Notes: generated by a model from the sequence alone, not told the origin. Counted from the first letter of the stretch, positions 11,700-25,389 are shown. The stretch is DNA of 64,000 nt from Octopus sinensis (GCF_006345805.1 NC_042998.1:161944001-162008000), one strand, 5' to 3'. Program-made: numbers and translations.

Positions 11700-11930
11700 A
11701 CATTGAGTGCTAGTTGGAAATGAATGTCCTTGTTATGCAAGTAGGGCTCTTTGTTCTCTGTCTTCTGTTTAAAATAAATCTGGTAATGGGGAAATATTAC
11801 TCTACTCAGAAACAGGGGAGGGTTGGTGACAGCAAGGGCATCCAGCTGTAGAAAATCCACCTCAATAAAATTCCACAGACTCATGCAAACATGCAAAAGT
11901 AGATGTTAAAACAATGATGATGATGATAAT
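11700..11930 (+). mobile_element. RTE-associated 3' repeat variant with (GAT)n tail (second copy about 46080-46255, minus)
   Basis: ggttggtgacagcaagggcatccagctgtag motif and gatgatgat tail. Confidence 0.6.
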
Positions 11931-11960
11931 GTTCTTACAGTAAATATATATATAAAAATA

Positions 11961-12388
11961 TCCTCTTCTCAGAATTGAGGTGGTTTCATGGCAAAGAATT
12001 CATCAAGGTATCTTTTTACATCATCCAAGGAATTGAAATTTTTACCATTAAGACTATTCTGCAGAGATCTGAATAAGTGAAAATCTGAAGGAGCAATATC
12101 TGGTGAATATGAAGGGTGGGGGTAACACATCCCAGTCGAGCTGCAGCAATTTTTTTCTGGTTCCCAAAGCATCAAGTGCTGAAAATGAACTTTCTTATCT
12201 TCCATTTTAAAGGGTTACAGAATTAACACAGGTTATAGGAACATAAATCTTCTTCCACGAAAAGATAGCTTAAACTGTGCTCTAAATGGAGGTGTAGTCA
12301 AATCCTATTTTATGGACTCAACCATGTTCTAAAATAAGTCGAAAGGTAAGCTACTTTAAATCGGACTGAACTTTCCGGACAACCCAAT
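11961..12388 (-). mobile_element. Internally deleted mariner (DD34D) element with one TIR
   Basis: MEDKKVHFQHLMLWE fused to HPSYSPDIAPSDFHLFRSLQNSLNGKNFNSLDDVK; end attgggttgtccggaaagttc is mariner-TIR-like. Confidence 0.85.
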
Positions 12389-12465
12389 GTGTATGTATGC
12401 ATATCTATCTATCTATCTATCTATCTATTTCTGTTTATCCCCCCCCCACCCCCACTTTCTCTCTC

Positions 12466-12837
12466 TAGTTAAGAAACTTGTTTTGCAGCTTCATAGTTTT
12501 GGCTTCAGCTCTGCTGTGCAACACCCTTGGCAAATGTCTTCTACTATAACTCTGAGTAGACCAGTTTGTGAATTTGGTAGATGGAAACTGTGTGGAAGCC
12601 TGTAATATGTATATATGTATGCATGCATGTCTTTATGTTCAAGTTTGTTCCTCACCACTGCTTATCAACTATGTTGGTTTCTTTGTATCACCATAACTTA
12701 GCAGTTCAGCAAAAGAAACATAAAATAAGTACGACCCTTAAATAAATACGTACTGGAGATGATTTGTTTCATTAAAACCCTTAAAAGTGGTGTCCCAGCA
12801 TGGCCACAGTCCAATGACTGAAAACAAGTGAAAGATA
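12466..12837 (+). mobile_element. SINE family A, diverged copy
   Basis: ggcaaatgtcttctactata .. ttggtagatggaaactg .. cagcatggccacagtc..atgactgaaa. Confidence 0.7.
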
Positions 12838-13966
12838 CCTTTTGACCTTCATACTAAAGAGTGTTTGTAATCTTTTACTATAAAATTGGATAACTCCCAA
12901 AATTTGATTCCGGTCATGTATATTCTTCCTACCATAATTTTTCTACTTAAGCATAATATAAACTTTAATGTCTTTGACCATCCACCTTCCAAAAGATCTT
13001 TATACATGATATGGACAATTTTCTTCCAGCTAGAACAAAAAAAAAATGTATAAAACATAGACATCAATAATTCAAAATGATCAGCCTCTTCTTTAAATAT
13101 GTTCATGAAAATTACCTTATTGAAAAAAAAAAAGAGAATAAACGAAAAATTATGCTATTAAATTTTGTGAAAGAAAGTCATGAACTCAAAATTAAAGCTA
13201 GGATGAAAATATATTTCTATATATATATGGCAAAGATATAGGTACATAAAATATTTAGGAAGCTAGACAGAGACATAGATGGACATGTAGAAAGTGATAT
13301 AAATATACCAAGACAGCTTTAGTATTGAAGATACAAGTCGTCAAAAAGTTCAATTTATAAACAAAAATGATGAGAAATTATGAGAGTATGTTTTAGGGAA
13401 AAAAAATCAATACTTCATGAAATATAAATTTAATACATTTTCTTCCAAACTAAAATATCATTAACATTCACGACTCAATATATGCATGTAAATGAATGCA
13501 CGTTTACACACACACACATATGAAAGTATGTGTGTATGGATGGATCTACAAGCATACATAGAAACACACACACACACACACAGTATATATTTTTATACTT
13601 TTCTGTATATAGTTATAGTTTTTCCAATATTTCCATAGGGACATTCATTCTTTATGTGAACTTCATCGCTTGGCTTATTAATAATCCTATAATTCAGTTT
13701 TATTGCTCAGGCCTTCTGCACATTTCAGTGACAAAGCCCTGGCATTTGCTTTGAAAGAATAAGCTTTGTTTTAAATTTCCAAATATTAATTTTTCAATTG
13801 AAAAACAAATTTTAAATTAGAAAAACTTACAAGAAAGACAGGCATTTAATGAAAGTAATAAAAGCAATTAGAGAAATGTGGCAATTACATTAAACGTGTT
13901 TTTCATATTTCAAAAAGAAAAAAACCAGCTTACATACATACGTATGTACAAACACACACATACACA

Positions 13967-14021
<55 letters not shown>

Positions 14022-14429
14022 ACACACACACACACATGTATATATGCATGTATGTTTATGCATATGCTTATATGTATGTTTGTATGTATACTTCAGGAAC
14101 AATTTGGTCTATTGGTGAAGAAATTTGGTTTGCATTTATGTCGTCTGGTTTCAAATTCACTGTATGGCATCTTGAGCAAGTGTCATTTTCCATACTCTCG
14201 AGTATATCCAGATCATACAAATGAAATTGGGTTAATGGAAACTGTGCAGAATCTTGCAAAATGGATTTTACCTGAAATTCAAAGGACCAGTTTTGTCACA
14301 CTGCATCATGCTGATTCATCTTGAGAATGATATCAAGGGTACAGATGTCTGTGGAGTATTCAGCCACTTATACACTAATCTAATGCACATTATAGATCAG
14401 ATTTTCCAGCAATGAACTGAACAGCACCT

Positions 14430-14688
14430 ATGACATTTGGAAACATTTTTTTCATGCTCAGAATTGCTGAAGCATGGAATAAACTACCCACATCAGTTGT
14501 TAGCTGTTGAAACACTACATTCTTCAAAACTTCCATGCTTCCTGAAATTTGCCAACAGTGCACCTGATGCTCCTCACCTCCATTTATTTCTTTATTTAAG
14601 ACTTATTCACTGTTCATTTCCTCTGCAATTTCGATGTATTGTTCATGCAACTTGAGCACTGTATACAATAAGTTCATTATTATTATTA
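14430..14688 (+). mobile_element. CR1-clade LINE 3' end with (ATT)n tail
   Basis: HFFMLRIAEAWNKLPTSVVS (one frameshift) matches the CR1 C-terminal FF..RV...WN.LP..VV motif; ends aataagttcattattattatt. Confidence 0.75.
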
Positions 14689-15067
14689 CTAGCAGTATCG
14701 CCTGGCGTTGCTCGATTTTGTTTCGACCCTTCAGAATTGAAATTTTTGAAAAGTAAAACTTTTGCCTTATGTAGCTTGTTATTCTCTTTAAGTGAACATT
14801 TTTCTGGTTGAAATACACTGAAAAATGGTGATACAGCAGTCAAAAAATCGTAAAAGATAGGGATTTTCATAGAAAAAAAGCACCTTTTTGATGTAAATAA
14901 TTTTTGGTGTTAACATTGTCCGATTTGAAGGAAGGAAGAGCAAACATTCTTCTATCATACTTTCAATTTTGGTCAACTTGTGCTGCAGGGTCTCGGAGGA
15001 GATAGTGTTAGTTGAAGGCTACCAAACTGCCATACACAGTCAACTTCAGCTTTATATATATAGAGAG

Positions 15068-15068
<1 letters not shown>
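14689..15068 (-). mobile_element. Non-autonomous Helitron
   Basis: Minus strand begins TC(tctatatatataaagc), ends with a short GC hairpin cgccaggcg then CTAG; inserted between A and T with no TSD. Confidence 0.65.
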
Positions 15069-15127
<59 letters not shown>

Positions 15128-15560
15128 GAGTGAAAGAGCAATGCATGCCATCAAAGTGACACTGGGGTAAAATATACGAAGCCCAGTATACCCATCATGA
15201 CTACCCGTCTGATAAGGGTACACTAGGCACATGCATCACAACCATATGTGCGCGACATGGAGATCTCATATCAAGATAAACAGCACATGACCTTGCAAGT
15301 GGGGCTCAATTAGAATTTTCTTCTGGTCGAGTAACCCATCCCGCTCAAAAGGTCCCTGAATAAGAGTTGTTTAAGGATGTTGAACGAAACACACTTGTTT
15401 CCAGAGGTGAATTATTCAAACCCCAAAGAATCCTTCTCAAAACATGGCTATGATTCTCCCCCACTACTTCTGCTCGTATCATTAGCCACTAAGGGACATG
15501 CTCAACTGGTTAAGGTCAAACAACTGACAAGCAAATCTGTAGTATTGAGCAGAATATTTA
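15069..15560 (-). mobile_element. Unclassified retroelement 3' end with (AAT)n tail
   Basis: Minus strand ends ..gctctttcactc(aat)n; homologous fragment at 6910-7080; a further (ATT)n run at 15561-15662. Confidence 0.5.
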
Positions 15561-15568
15561 TGATTATA

Positions 15569-15642
<74 letters not shown>

Positions 15643-15697
15643 CATCATTATTATTATTATTATGCATGTATATATTTATATATGTGTGTGTGTGTGT

Positions 15698-16353
15698 GTA
15701 AGGACAAGGAAATTAGGCAGGTCAATATACAAAGAATATTAAATACATCAAATACAAAAAAATGCTTATATGTTTACATACACAGAATAGAAATAATATC
15801 CAAGATTAAAATGGTTGAAGAAAAGTATTACAAATCTAACAGCTGTTTCTGGGTCTTGGTGGTCAAAAAAATAATGATTGCAAATTGATTCCATTGTCGG
15901 ATGATACAAACCTCTACTGGAATCAACTTGCAATCATTATTTTAGACCACTGAGTCCCCAGAAACAGCTGTTAGATTTGTAATACTCTTCTTCAACCACT
16001 TTAATTCTTGATATTATTTCTATCCTGTGTAAGGCAGCGAGCTGGCAGAATCGTTAGCACACTGGATGAAATGCTTAGCGGTAATTCACCCATTGCAACA
16101 TTTTGAGTTCAAGTTCTGCTGAGGCTGACTTTACCTTTCTTCTTTCCAGGGTCAATAAATTAAGTACCAGTTGAGTACTGGGGTTGATGTAATTGACTAT
16201 CCCCTGCACAAATTTCAAGCCTTGTGCCTATAACAGAAAGGATTATTTCTATTCTGTGTAAATCAGACCATTTTGTATGTAAACATATTTTTTTTGTATT
16301 TGATGTATTTAATATTCGACATATATCAATCTGCCTAACTTGCTTATCCTTAC
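15698..16353. repeat. Fold-back element (~195-bp arms, 24-nt spacer) interrupted by a SINE
   Basis: Left arm 15698-15893 mirrors 15918-16031 plus 16270-16353; each arm carries GAAACAGCTGTT. Confidence 0.85.
16031..16250 (+). mobile_element. SINE family B with target-site duplication
   Basis: Full head aaggcagcgagctggcagaatcgttagc; attatttctat(c/t)ctgtgtaa at 16013-32 and 16242-61. Confidence 0.85.
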
Positions 16354-16454
16354 ATTTTCTTCTCTACCCACTCAAATTTAAACCTCTTGAGCACTAAGTG
16401 TATTCTGTATGGAGAATATCTGGTTCTCATCTATGAACTATATATATATGTTCT

Positions 16455-16825
16455 CTTTCACTCTTTTACTTGTTTCAGTCATTTGACTGCGGCCATACTG
16501 GAGCACCACCTTTAGTTGAGCAAATCGACCCCAGAACTTATTCTTTGTAAGCCTAGTACTTATTCTATCGGACACTTTTGCCAAACCACTAAGTTACGGG
16601 GATGTAAACACACCAGCATCGGTCAAGCGATGTTGGGGAGACAAACACCGACACACAATCATATATGATGGGCTTCTTTTAGTTTCCATCTACCAAATCC
16701 ACTCACAAGGCTTTGGTTGGCCTGAGGCTATAGTAGAAGACACTTGCCCAAAGTGCCATGCAGTGGGACTGAACCCAGAACCATGTAGTTGGTAAGCAAG
16801 CTACTTACCACACAGCTACTCCTGT
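16455..16825 (-). mobile_element. SINE family A (tRNA head, CORE-like segment, internal TA/TG microsatellite)
   Basis: Near-complete copy; homologous copies at 18768-19138(+), 22388-22792(-), 26857-27250(+), 36313-36720(-), 41838-42275(-), 42655-43190(+), 47185-47630(+), 52470-52830(-), 54820-55138(+), 62025-62365(+). Confidence 0.85.
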
Positions 16826-16836
16826 GTATATATATA

Positions 16837-16873
<37 letters not shown>

Positions 16874-17251
16874 TTTTGTATTCTTTTTAAATACTATGAA
16901 GATGACATCAGGCAGCATTTAATACTAACATTATAATGTTTGAAGAGTTAAATTAACATTTATGCTATGGAAAACACAGTTCTGTCTAGTTTCATCTTCA
17001 TCTGTGAGCTATGAATAAAATCATTGGAAATTGCATGAAACAAAAGTTCATGAGTTCAATCCCAAGTAGATCATGTAACATGGCATATATTGCAAATGAT
17101 AAGCATGATGTGCATTCTGGGGGATATAATGTTGTTTCACAGATGAGGTTAACAGTCAAAAGAATTGTCCAAAAATCATGAAAAATATTTAACCACATAA
17201 AACAATAAACCCTACAAAGAAAATAACTGAAGATTGGGATATGTGGTGCAT

Positions 17252-17570
17252 TGCTGTATTTGAGAAGACTTGACAAAATTGAAATCCTAAAACCAAGGTG
17301 CCACATAAAAAAGTATTGGCATGGATGCTGGTGCCACATGAAAAGTACTGTTGTTAGTGTCATGTAAAAAGCACTGGTGATGGTGCTACATAATACACAC
17401 TCAAAGTAGTTGGCATTAGGAAGACCACCTGCCATAGAAACCAAGTCAAAACAGACTATGGAACCTGGTGTGGCCTCTGGCTTTGCCAGTTCCTGCCAGG
17501 CCGTCCAACACATGCTAGCAGGGAAAAATATACATTAAATGTTGTTGTTGCTGTTGTTGATGATGATAAA
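17252..17570 (+). mobile_element. RTE LINE 3' end
   Basis: tgctgtatttgagaagac ORF end, then UTR motif and (GAT)n tail. Confidence 0.7.
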
Positions 17571-17602
17571 ACATATAAATCTGGCTGAGCATTAGCACAG
17601 CG

Positions 17603-18127
17603 CAGTGGTTCTCAACCATTTTTTGCTTGTGGATTACTTTGATTCTTATTTCACTCTACTAGACTTGCATAGCAATTCAATGCACATAAAAAAATTTTAA
17701 TATATTTTTATAATTGTGGGGGCTTAGTGGTTAGGGTGTCAGCATCATGATCGTAAGATTGTGGTTTTGATTCCTGGACCGGGCGACGTGTTGTGTTCTT
17801 GAGCAAAACACTTCATTTCACATTGCTCCAGTTCACTCAGCTGGCAAAAATGAGTAACGCTGTGACGGACTGGCATCCCATCCAGCTTGGGAACACATAT
17901 GCCATGGAAACCGGGAAACTGGGCCCATGAGCCTGGCTAGGCTTTAAAAGGGCGCATTTATTTATTATTATTATTAGTTTTATAATTAAATATTATTAGG
18001 AATTCTATAAAAAATTAAAATATTTTGTGTATTGTAAAAGTATAAGCAATGTATTGTACATAAATTTTAACAGCAAAATCTTACATGGGCCCCCAAAAGC
18101 CATATGGGCCCTGGTTGAGAACCACTG
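17603..18127. mobile_element. hAT/Charlie-type MITE
   Basis: Perfect 15-bp TIR cagtggttctcaacc/ggttgagaaccactg; 8-bp TSD gcacagcg/gcacaggg. Confidence 0.85.
17716..17977 (+). mobile_element. V-SINE-like tRNA SINE nested in the hAT MITE (second copy 45610-45795, minus)
   Basis: cttagtggttaggg A-box, ttgattcctgg B-box, gctgtgacggactggcatcccatccag resembles the V-domain; flanked by tttataatt repeats. Confidence 0.65.
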
Positions 18128-18218
18128 GCACAGGGCTTCCAGCATTGGTTTGTCATTATATACAATAACGTTTTATACAATAGATAATTGGTTTCTACTT
18201 TCAAGGATTGTATTCTTG

Positions 18219-18289
<71 letters not shown>

Positions 18290-18767
18290 TTCTGCCACAT
18301 ACACGAACAAACACTTACACACATACTCACACAGAGGCACATGCATACATGCATACACTGGATTGGACAACAATTGATTATTTGCTGTTCTAATGAACAT
18401 TAATTAATCAGATTACCAACAACTCTGTTAGATAATGTTAAAATGATGGATTCTGTCATTAAATAGTAAACAAGAAAATATATTAACTAAGATATTAAGT
18501 AGAATAAGACAGTGTGCATGCTTGTATGTGCAAGCATGTACACACGCATGCACACACACACGCCATCATCATCATCATCGTCATATAGCAGTCATGTTCC
18601 ATGCTGGTTTAGGTTGGACATGCATGTATATACACATACACACTTTTGTAGAGTACAAATTTATTATTTTTTAACAAGAATAATATCAAGAGTGTCTTCG
18701 AATAGGTTTAGATGACTGTACCTTTGAAGTCTCTGTCAATACTAATCTAGTTAAAGAATAATACAAA

Positions 18768-19138
18768 GGAATGGCTGTATGGTAAGAAGCTTGCTTCCCA
18801 GCCATATAGTTCTGGGTTCAGTTTCACTGCATGTAACCTTGGGCAAGTGTCTTCTACTACAGCATTGGGCCGACCCAAGCCTTGTGAGTGGATTTGCTAG
18901 ACGGAAACTGAAAGAAGCCTATCGTAGATATATATGTATGTAATTGTGTGTCTGTGTTTGTCTTCCCCCACCATCACTTGACAACCGATGTTAGTGTGTT
19001 TACATCCCCAGCAAAAGAGACCGATAGAATAAATACTAGGCTTACAAAGAATAAGTCCTGGGGTCGATTTGTTCAAACAAAGGTGGTGCTCCAGCAAGGC
19101 CACAGTTAAGTGGCCAAAACAAGTAAAAGAGTAAAAGA
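18768..19138 (+). mobile_element. SINE family A
   Basis: Full copy from ggctgtatggtaagaagc to gtaaaagagtaaaaga. Confidence 0.85.
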
Positions 19139-20238
19139 AAATACACACACACACACACACAAGCAAAATATGGCTACACTGAATTTCGCATTGCCTCTTT
19201 TGTCAGGCAGTAACATGGCAGTGTGTAAGCAAGACTTTAAATAGCAATCTATTAAGATACAGCTTTGAAACACACACATACACACATACACACACCACAT
19301 GCATGCACACAGTACTCACACATACACATAAACAAACAAGAAAACCCCCACACATATCTTTCAAGTAATTCCATATATGTACATAAATGGATATAGTCAG
19401 ATACATTACATGATGTGCCTATATCTATCTATATCTATCTATCTATCTATCTGTATTTTATTATGAAGGAATAACCATTCATATTTGTATATTAGGGACT
19501 TGCTTTCCTTGAGAAGCATTTAACGTGATAGTTAACGAGTGTGCCACTACTTTTCTATAGATTATATGAAGTAATGATCATTATGGGAAATAGGAAGCTA
19601 TTTAAATTTTCTCTTATCTGTTGCATCATTAGAAATTTTGGAGCAAGCAGCAGACCTAAATGCATGGCACTTGACAGCAATTCTCCATTTAAAGCCAGAC
19701 AAATTATTCATCCTTCGTCATGTTGGGTTTTCCTTCCAATTCTTTTATATTTTTGAAGATTTTATTTTTGAATTTTTTTGTATTTCTCAACAAGCCAGCA
19801 TGATTTTTTTCCTTTAGTTTTTCTTGTCATCATATTTTTTGATATACTTTAAGAGAATATTGATAAAAATCAATGGTGGCTCCATTGTCAATGATGATGA
19901 CAAAAACAAAAAGGCAAAAATAACAATATAGTTACCATTTAAAAAAAAATAGTTTTGATAATAATCCAGCAGTGATTATCATGTAATGACAATACATTTA
20001 AAACCTATTATATGAATAATATTCTAGAAAAAATAATAAGCTATAATCCATAGTAAAGAAGACCCAAATATATTTGCAAAATGAAACCATAACTTTATCT
20101 TCTGAACTGTTGTACCACTGTTCATAAAACAATACTTTGGCATTTGTTCCAGCTCTGCTTTCTGAGTTCAAATTCTACCAAAGGTCTTTGCATTCATTTG
20201 GAATCAATAAATAAATTACCTGTTTAAAACTGGAATCA

Positions 20239-20308
<70 letters not shown>

Positions 20309-20744
20309 GTCTCTCTGTCTCTCTCTCTTACCTTCTTTTCTCGAATTGTACTTGTAATTCAAATACTTGACCTTGTCACATTGTGTCATGATAAACAGGA
20401 CAGAAAACTATTAAGGCATGTGCATGGGAATATTCAACCACTTGTACATTAATGTCATGTGTAAGAAGTGAATGGGTTGAACAACTGAATGCCCTGAAAT
20501 GAAATTGACTGAGAATCTGTTATACCATCTCTATATATAACAGTGTAAACAACTCTGCAGCTATTCCTGCTATAAGATATTTGCATTCAGAGCTGAATAC
20601 CTGCACAACAACTTATAGCAGAGACAACTGTCAGCCAAGGAAATTGATTATGTAATTTTTGTTCTTTTGTTATTCATTAGTTCACACACACCTACACACA
20701 CATATGTACATGTATACACACATGCATGCACACACACACACATG

Positions 20745-20798
<54 letters not shown>

Positions 20799-22387
20799 TA
20801 CTCACATGCACATACATAGAAATATATTTTAACATGTGCATGGAAATAGAAAAGTATAATAAAATGCATGATAATTAAAACAAGATGCAAATTAGGGAAA
20901 TAAAATATACATAATTTCTGGCTTGGTTGAGTTGGTTACTCCATGACCTTTTCCCGTAACTGTTTCTCAAATTGCATTCATGTGCAACTGAATGTACCAT
21001 TAAACATGTTTGAGACATTTGGTGTTAAAAAACACCAATATCTTGAGGGAATTCTTTTCTAACTTTGGTACAATGCCTTAGTTTTAATTCTACATGTAGT
21101 CTATCTTTTGCATGTTGTTTATATTCCTAACCTAATTGTTTCTGTGTCATTATAACTTCCAATGACAGTTCATGGCACCAGTGTTGTGCAATTTTGTCTA
21201 TTAACTGCTTTGGGATTTTTGACGAATGATGAAACTTTGGTGTATCTTCTGTATTTTCTTTATTTTCTTGAAGAGGTATTTCATTATCAATTAAAATTTG
21301 AGTAATTTTCATTTTCTTGAGTATTTTTTCCTCTTTTTCCCTTCATATTTTCATCTATAATTATCTTTTCCTCATTGCACAATGAAGGTTTGATATTACA
21401 GAATAGTAATGATAGGGGATGAGGTATTTGCTCATCTGTTTGTAATACTAGACCTAAAGATATTTCATTTACCATCTCCAAAGTTTTGGCTGGTGATGCT
21501 TTGGAAACTAATATTTGTTGTTCTTTTTGTTGTTTCTGTTGATTTTCATCATTTTATATTCCTTGTTTTTGTTCAATCTTCCAAGTTCTTCTGGGTGTTC
21601 ACCCTTAAAGTGTGCTTTACTCTAACAAATGTAGTGTGGCTTTCTACCCAGTATCATCAATCTCGTGCTCTTTGTTTCAGTACCTTCTACTGGGTACCGT
21701 TCTGGTATGGTCCAATGACTTTTAGGAGGTCACAAGAACTTGCAAGGACATTTTGGTTCTCCTTGACCACAGGTCACCTTTCATCAAGCCTGCTTTCACT
21801 ATATTCCTTGTAACATAAAAGTCACTCTGGTCATGATTCTACATCATGTTCAACATCACTTACTGTGACTCTTGTGTCTCTTTGACCTATGCATTGATCT
21901 GACAATTTCAGCTCAAGTTTTGGCAATATCTTTAGCTCCATCTTTAGTTTTAAAGATAGAGCACACAGTGCCTTTTTTCAGTGGCAATAATTTCTGCTGA
22001 TATATCTTTGAAAGCTTGTTGTACTACTTGGAAAATCTTATTTTTTCCATCTTTTTTGTAAGAGACATATAATTATATATAATTTGTCTCTTCACCTTCT
22101 GGATTATTTTCCATGGCATAAAAAAAAAAAAAAAACCCTGTTAGATTTTACAAAATTCTCTCATCTATGTTTTTTGTTTCTTGTAACTATCATGATCTGA
22201 AAATTCTACCTGTTCATCTATATCAAAGGAATATTTGTCTTTAGACAGCTGCTATAGGAACAGACCACAGTATCAGGAATCATGTAAAAGTTGCTGTTTT
22301 TGTTGTTATTACTGTTACTGTCTTCCAAATGATATAGTTGAGAATTTAGGACATGTTCTATTAAATGTATTCTATAAATTCAATATA

Positions 22388-22792
22388 TTCTTTTACTCTT
22401 TTACTTGTTTCAGTCATTTGACAGTGGTTATGCTGGAGCACCGCCTTTAGTCAAGCGAATCGACCCCAGGACTTATTCTTTGTAAGTCTAGTACTTATTC
22501 TATCAGTCTCTTTTGCCAAACTGCTAAGTTACGGGGACGTAAACACACCAGCATTGATTGTCAAGCAATGTTGGGGGGACAAACACAGACACAGAAACAC
22601 ATACACATACATATATACATACATATATACAACTCGCTTCTTTCAGTTTCCATCTACCAAATCCACTCACAAGGCTTTAGTCGGCACAAGGCTATAGTAG
22701 AAAACACTCGCCCAAGGTGCCATGCAGTTTGACTGAACCCGGAACCATGTGGCTGGTAAGCAAACTACTTACCACACAGCCACTCCTACGCC
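22388..22792 (-). mobile_element. SINE family A
   Basis: Full minus-strand copy. Confidence 0.85.
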
Positions 22793-23311
22793 TTTCACAC
22801 TGTTCATTTTCTTCTTATTCTTGTACATCTAGTTATATGTTTTGATTTTGTGCTGTTTTTAGCCACTATTGATTGGTTGTATAGTATAATTAAGTATGAT
22901 TATCCGTTATAGATGTGAAAATGTAATGTAAGTAATGTAAATAACATTTTTAAAGTTAATGAAACAAACCTCTTTTTCCTGTGATCTAAACCTGAATATC
23001 AAGGGTAATTATAGTTTTTGTTAAAAATACTCCAAAGAAAATTTTATTTGTTAATACATAAATAAAACATATTTTGAAGAGAGTAGAACAAATGACATCT
23101 GAATCTGGAAGTTGAATACAATAATAGTTATTATTTCTACTATAGGCATAAAGCAAGAAATTTTGAGGGGAGAGGGCTAGTAGATTACATTGATCTCAGT
23201 ACATCACTGGTACTTTGTTTTTATCGACAAGGAGACAATGAAAAGTAAAGTCCATCTCAATGGAATTTGATCTCAGAATGTAAAGAGCTAATGATTCTGC
23301 CAACTTACTTA

Positions 23312-23346
<35 letters not shown>

Positions 23347-23503
23347 ATTTCTAATATAGGCTCAAGGAAGCCTGAAATTTTTGTGGGTTATGTTTGTTAA
23401 TCAAATCAACCCAGTATATTTTACTTTACTAACGTATTGGTTAGTTTCTGAAAATTTAATGCTTTACATGTTGTACTAAATATTATTCTGCAGCTGATTG
23501 TCC

Positions 23504-23543
<40 letters not shown>

Positions 23544-24860
23544 ATCTTATTTTTGTGTGTCAAGAATTCTAATGACAACACCAAAAAGTTCAGGAAACAT
23601 CTAAAAAGAATCACTTAAAAAACATCAAAAATCTGTACAAAACTTAGTATATTTTTTAAATAATTTTACAAGTGATTGTAGAACAAATTTATACTTTTAC
23701 CATATGGATCTTGATAACTGATTTCTGCAGCTTATCCCAAACAACTAACAATTAAAAATTTGAAATATGAATAGTAGTAGTGGTTCCTATTGTAATGTCT
23801 CTTACCTTTAGTCTCAATATAATGGATGCATCAAAGCTAAAACACATGACCGTTGAGTCAGAATCCTTCACCTTAACCTCCAAGCCTCAATGTTTCCCAA
23901 TATCGAAACAATCAATTAGAATAGCAGCAATGTCTATTACAATAATAATAGTACCTACATCAAAAAGAGTAATTACAGCGATAACAATATCAGAATGCAA
24001 TAAATCATATAATTTATTTATTATTAGCCCTGTTGTTTCACCAAAGATTGGGTTTCTGGATTTGTTAGTGCCTTGTTCTTTTTACAATAAATTCTGATAA
24101 TTCTTTCTGGACATTCGTTTAACTAAAGTTAAGTATTGTGAGGGGAAAATATGAGGGAGGAAAAAATATAAAAAAAAACAAAAAGAAACAAAGAGGAAAA
24201 ATGCATTGCAAGTGAGAGGTATGAAGCCAACCATAAATCATATATAATCTTAATAATATCGGTATTGATATCAAATCCTTGCAATAATTAAATATTAGGG
24301 CTTTAAGAAGAGCAGAAAGATTATTGATATCAACCCTATCTCCACCTCCAACACCATCACCACCAGCACCACCGCCAACAGAAGCAGTGGCAGCAACAAC
24401 AAGAACAACAGCATGTTGTTAACAAAGTGGTTTCTATACATGATTAATTGGCCTGCTAGAAATATCAACCAAATCTCACTTGATTCACACCCTAAATGCT
24501 TGAAAAAGGAAGGATACATTGAATAATACATTCCTTGATACATTATGTCTGGAAACAACACTGAATGGTTGGTTATGGCAGGAATGCTTTTCTTTATTGA
24601 ACTGTTATTTGGTCAGAGCTGATTTGGTGCTGAAAGACAACAACAGACAAACGAACAAACAGTTATTCTTCCACAAAGATTTTAACCATATTAAAATGAG
24701 AATTTCATTTTTTAAGTGCTGAATCTTTTGGTAAGTTGAGAGAGCAGAACCATAAAACAGCATAGAAGAATGCAAGGTGAAAAGAGTTTTAAACATAGTT
24801 TTTGAGTCTAGGGTTTACTGATGCAAAAACTGACCAAAACTCTTCCATTTCAACAATAAT

Positions 24861-25080
24861 TATGGTTTCAAATTTTAGCACAACGCCAATAATTTTAGGA
24901 GAGGTAGTAAGTTGATTACGTCGACTCCAATGCTCAACAGGTATTTATTTCATCGACCCCCAAAAGGATGAAAGACAAAGTCGACCTTGGCAGAATTTGA
25001 ACTTAGAACTTAAAGATGGACAAAATGCTGCTAAAAATTTCACCCAGCATACTAGCACTTCAGCCAGTCCACCACCTTAA
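24861..25080 (-). mobile_element. SINE family B (further copies 23135-23315, 39703-39930, 45258-45450, 61859-62025, 62955-63152)
   Basis: Shared head and gcctttcatccttt domain. Confidence 0.8.
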
Positions 25081-25389
25081 TATATTGACATTAGTGATAA
25101 TAACTTTGAGATCAATAAAGAAATGGTTGCTTTTTTTGACTTAGTTCATCAATTTCTAATAGAGTTGCTGAGGTACCAGCATGACATATGATGACTTGGA
25201 TATTTTTTTAAACCTAGCAAGCTTAGGTCTCACCACAGCAGATTTCCTCCAGAGAGAGAAAGAGAGGGAAGAGAGAGACACACACAACCACATACTCACA
25301 CAGACAGAAAAATATAGACAACAAGAGAGAGAATGAGAAGAATCATCCACATCACAAGAATGGTATTTTTTTCTTATCAATATTGAAAG

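Noticed and set aside
12849-13106. Strong minus-strand splice acceptor (ttttgttctag) followed by an open frame; similar acceptors at about 9390(-), 29597(+) and 31996(+)
   Set aside because: No convincing donor or recognisable peptide, so a gene model cannot be supported without RNA data
23780-24097. 105-aa non-repetitive ORF
   Set aside because: GTG start, Ile/Ser/Thr-biased composition expected from AT-rich DNA, no recognisable motif; opposite-strand frames are interrupted
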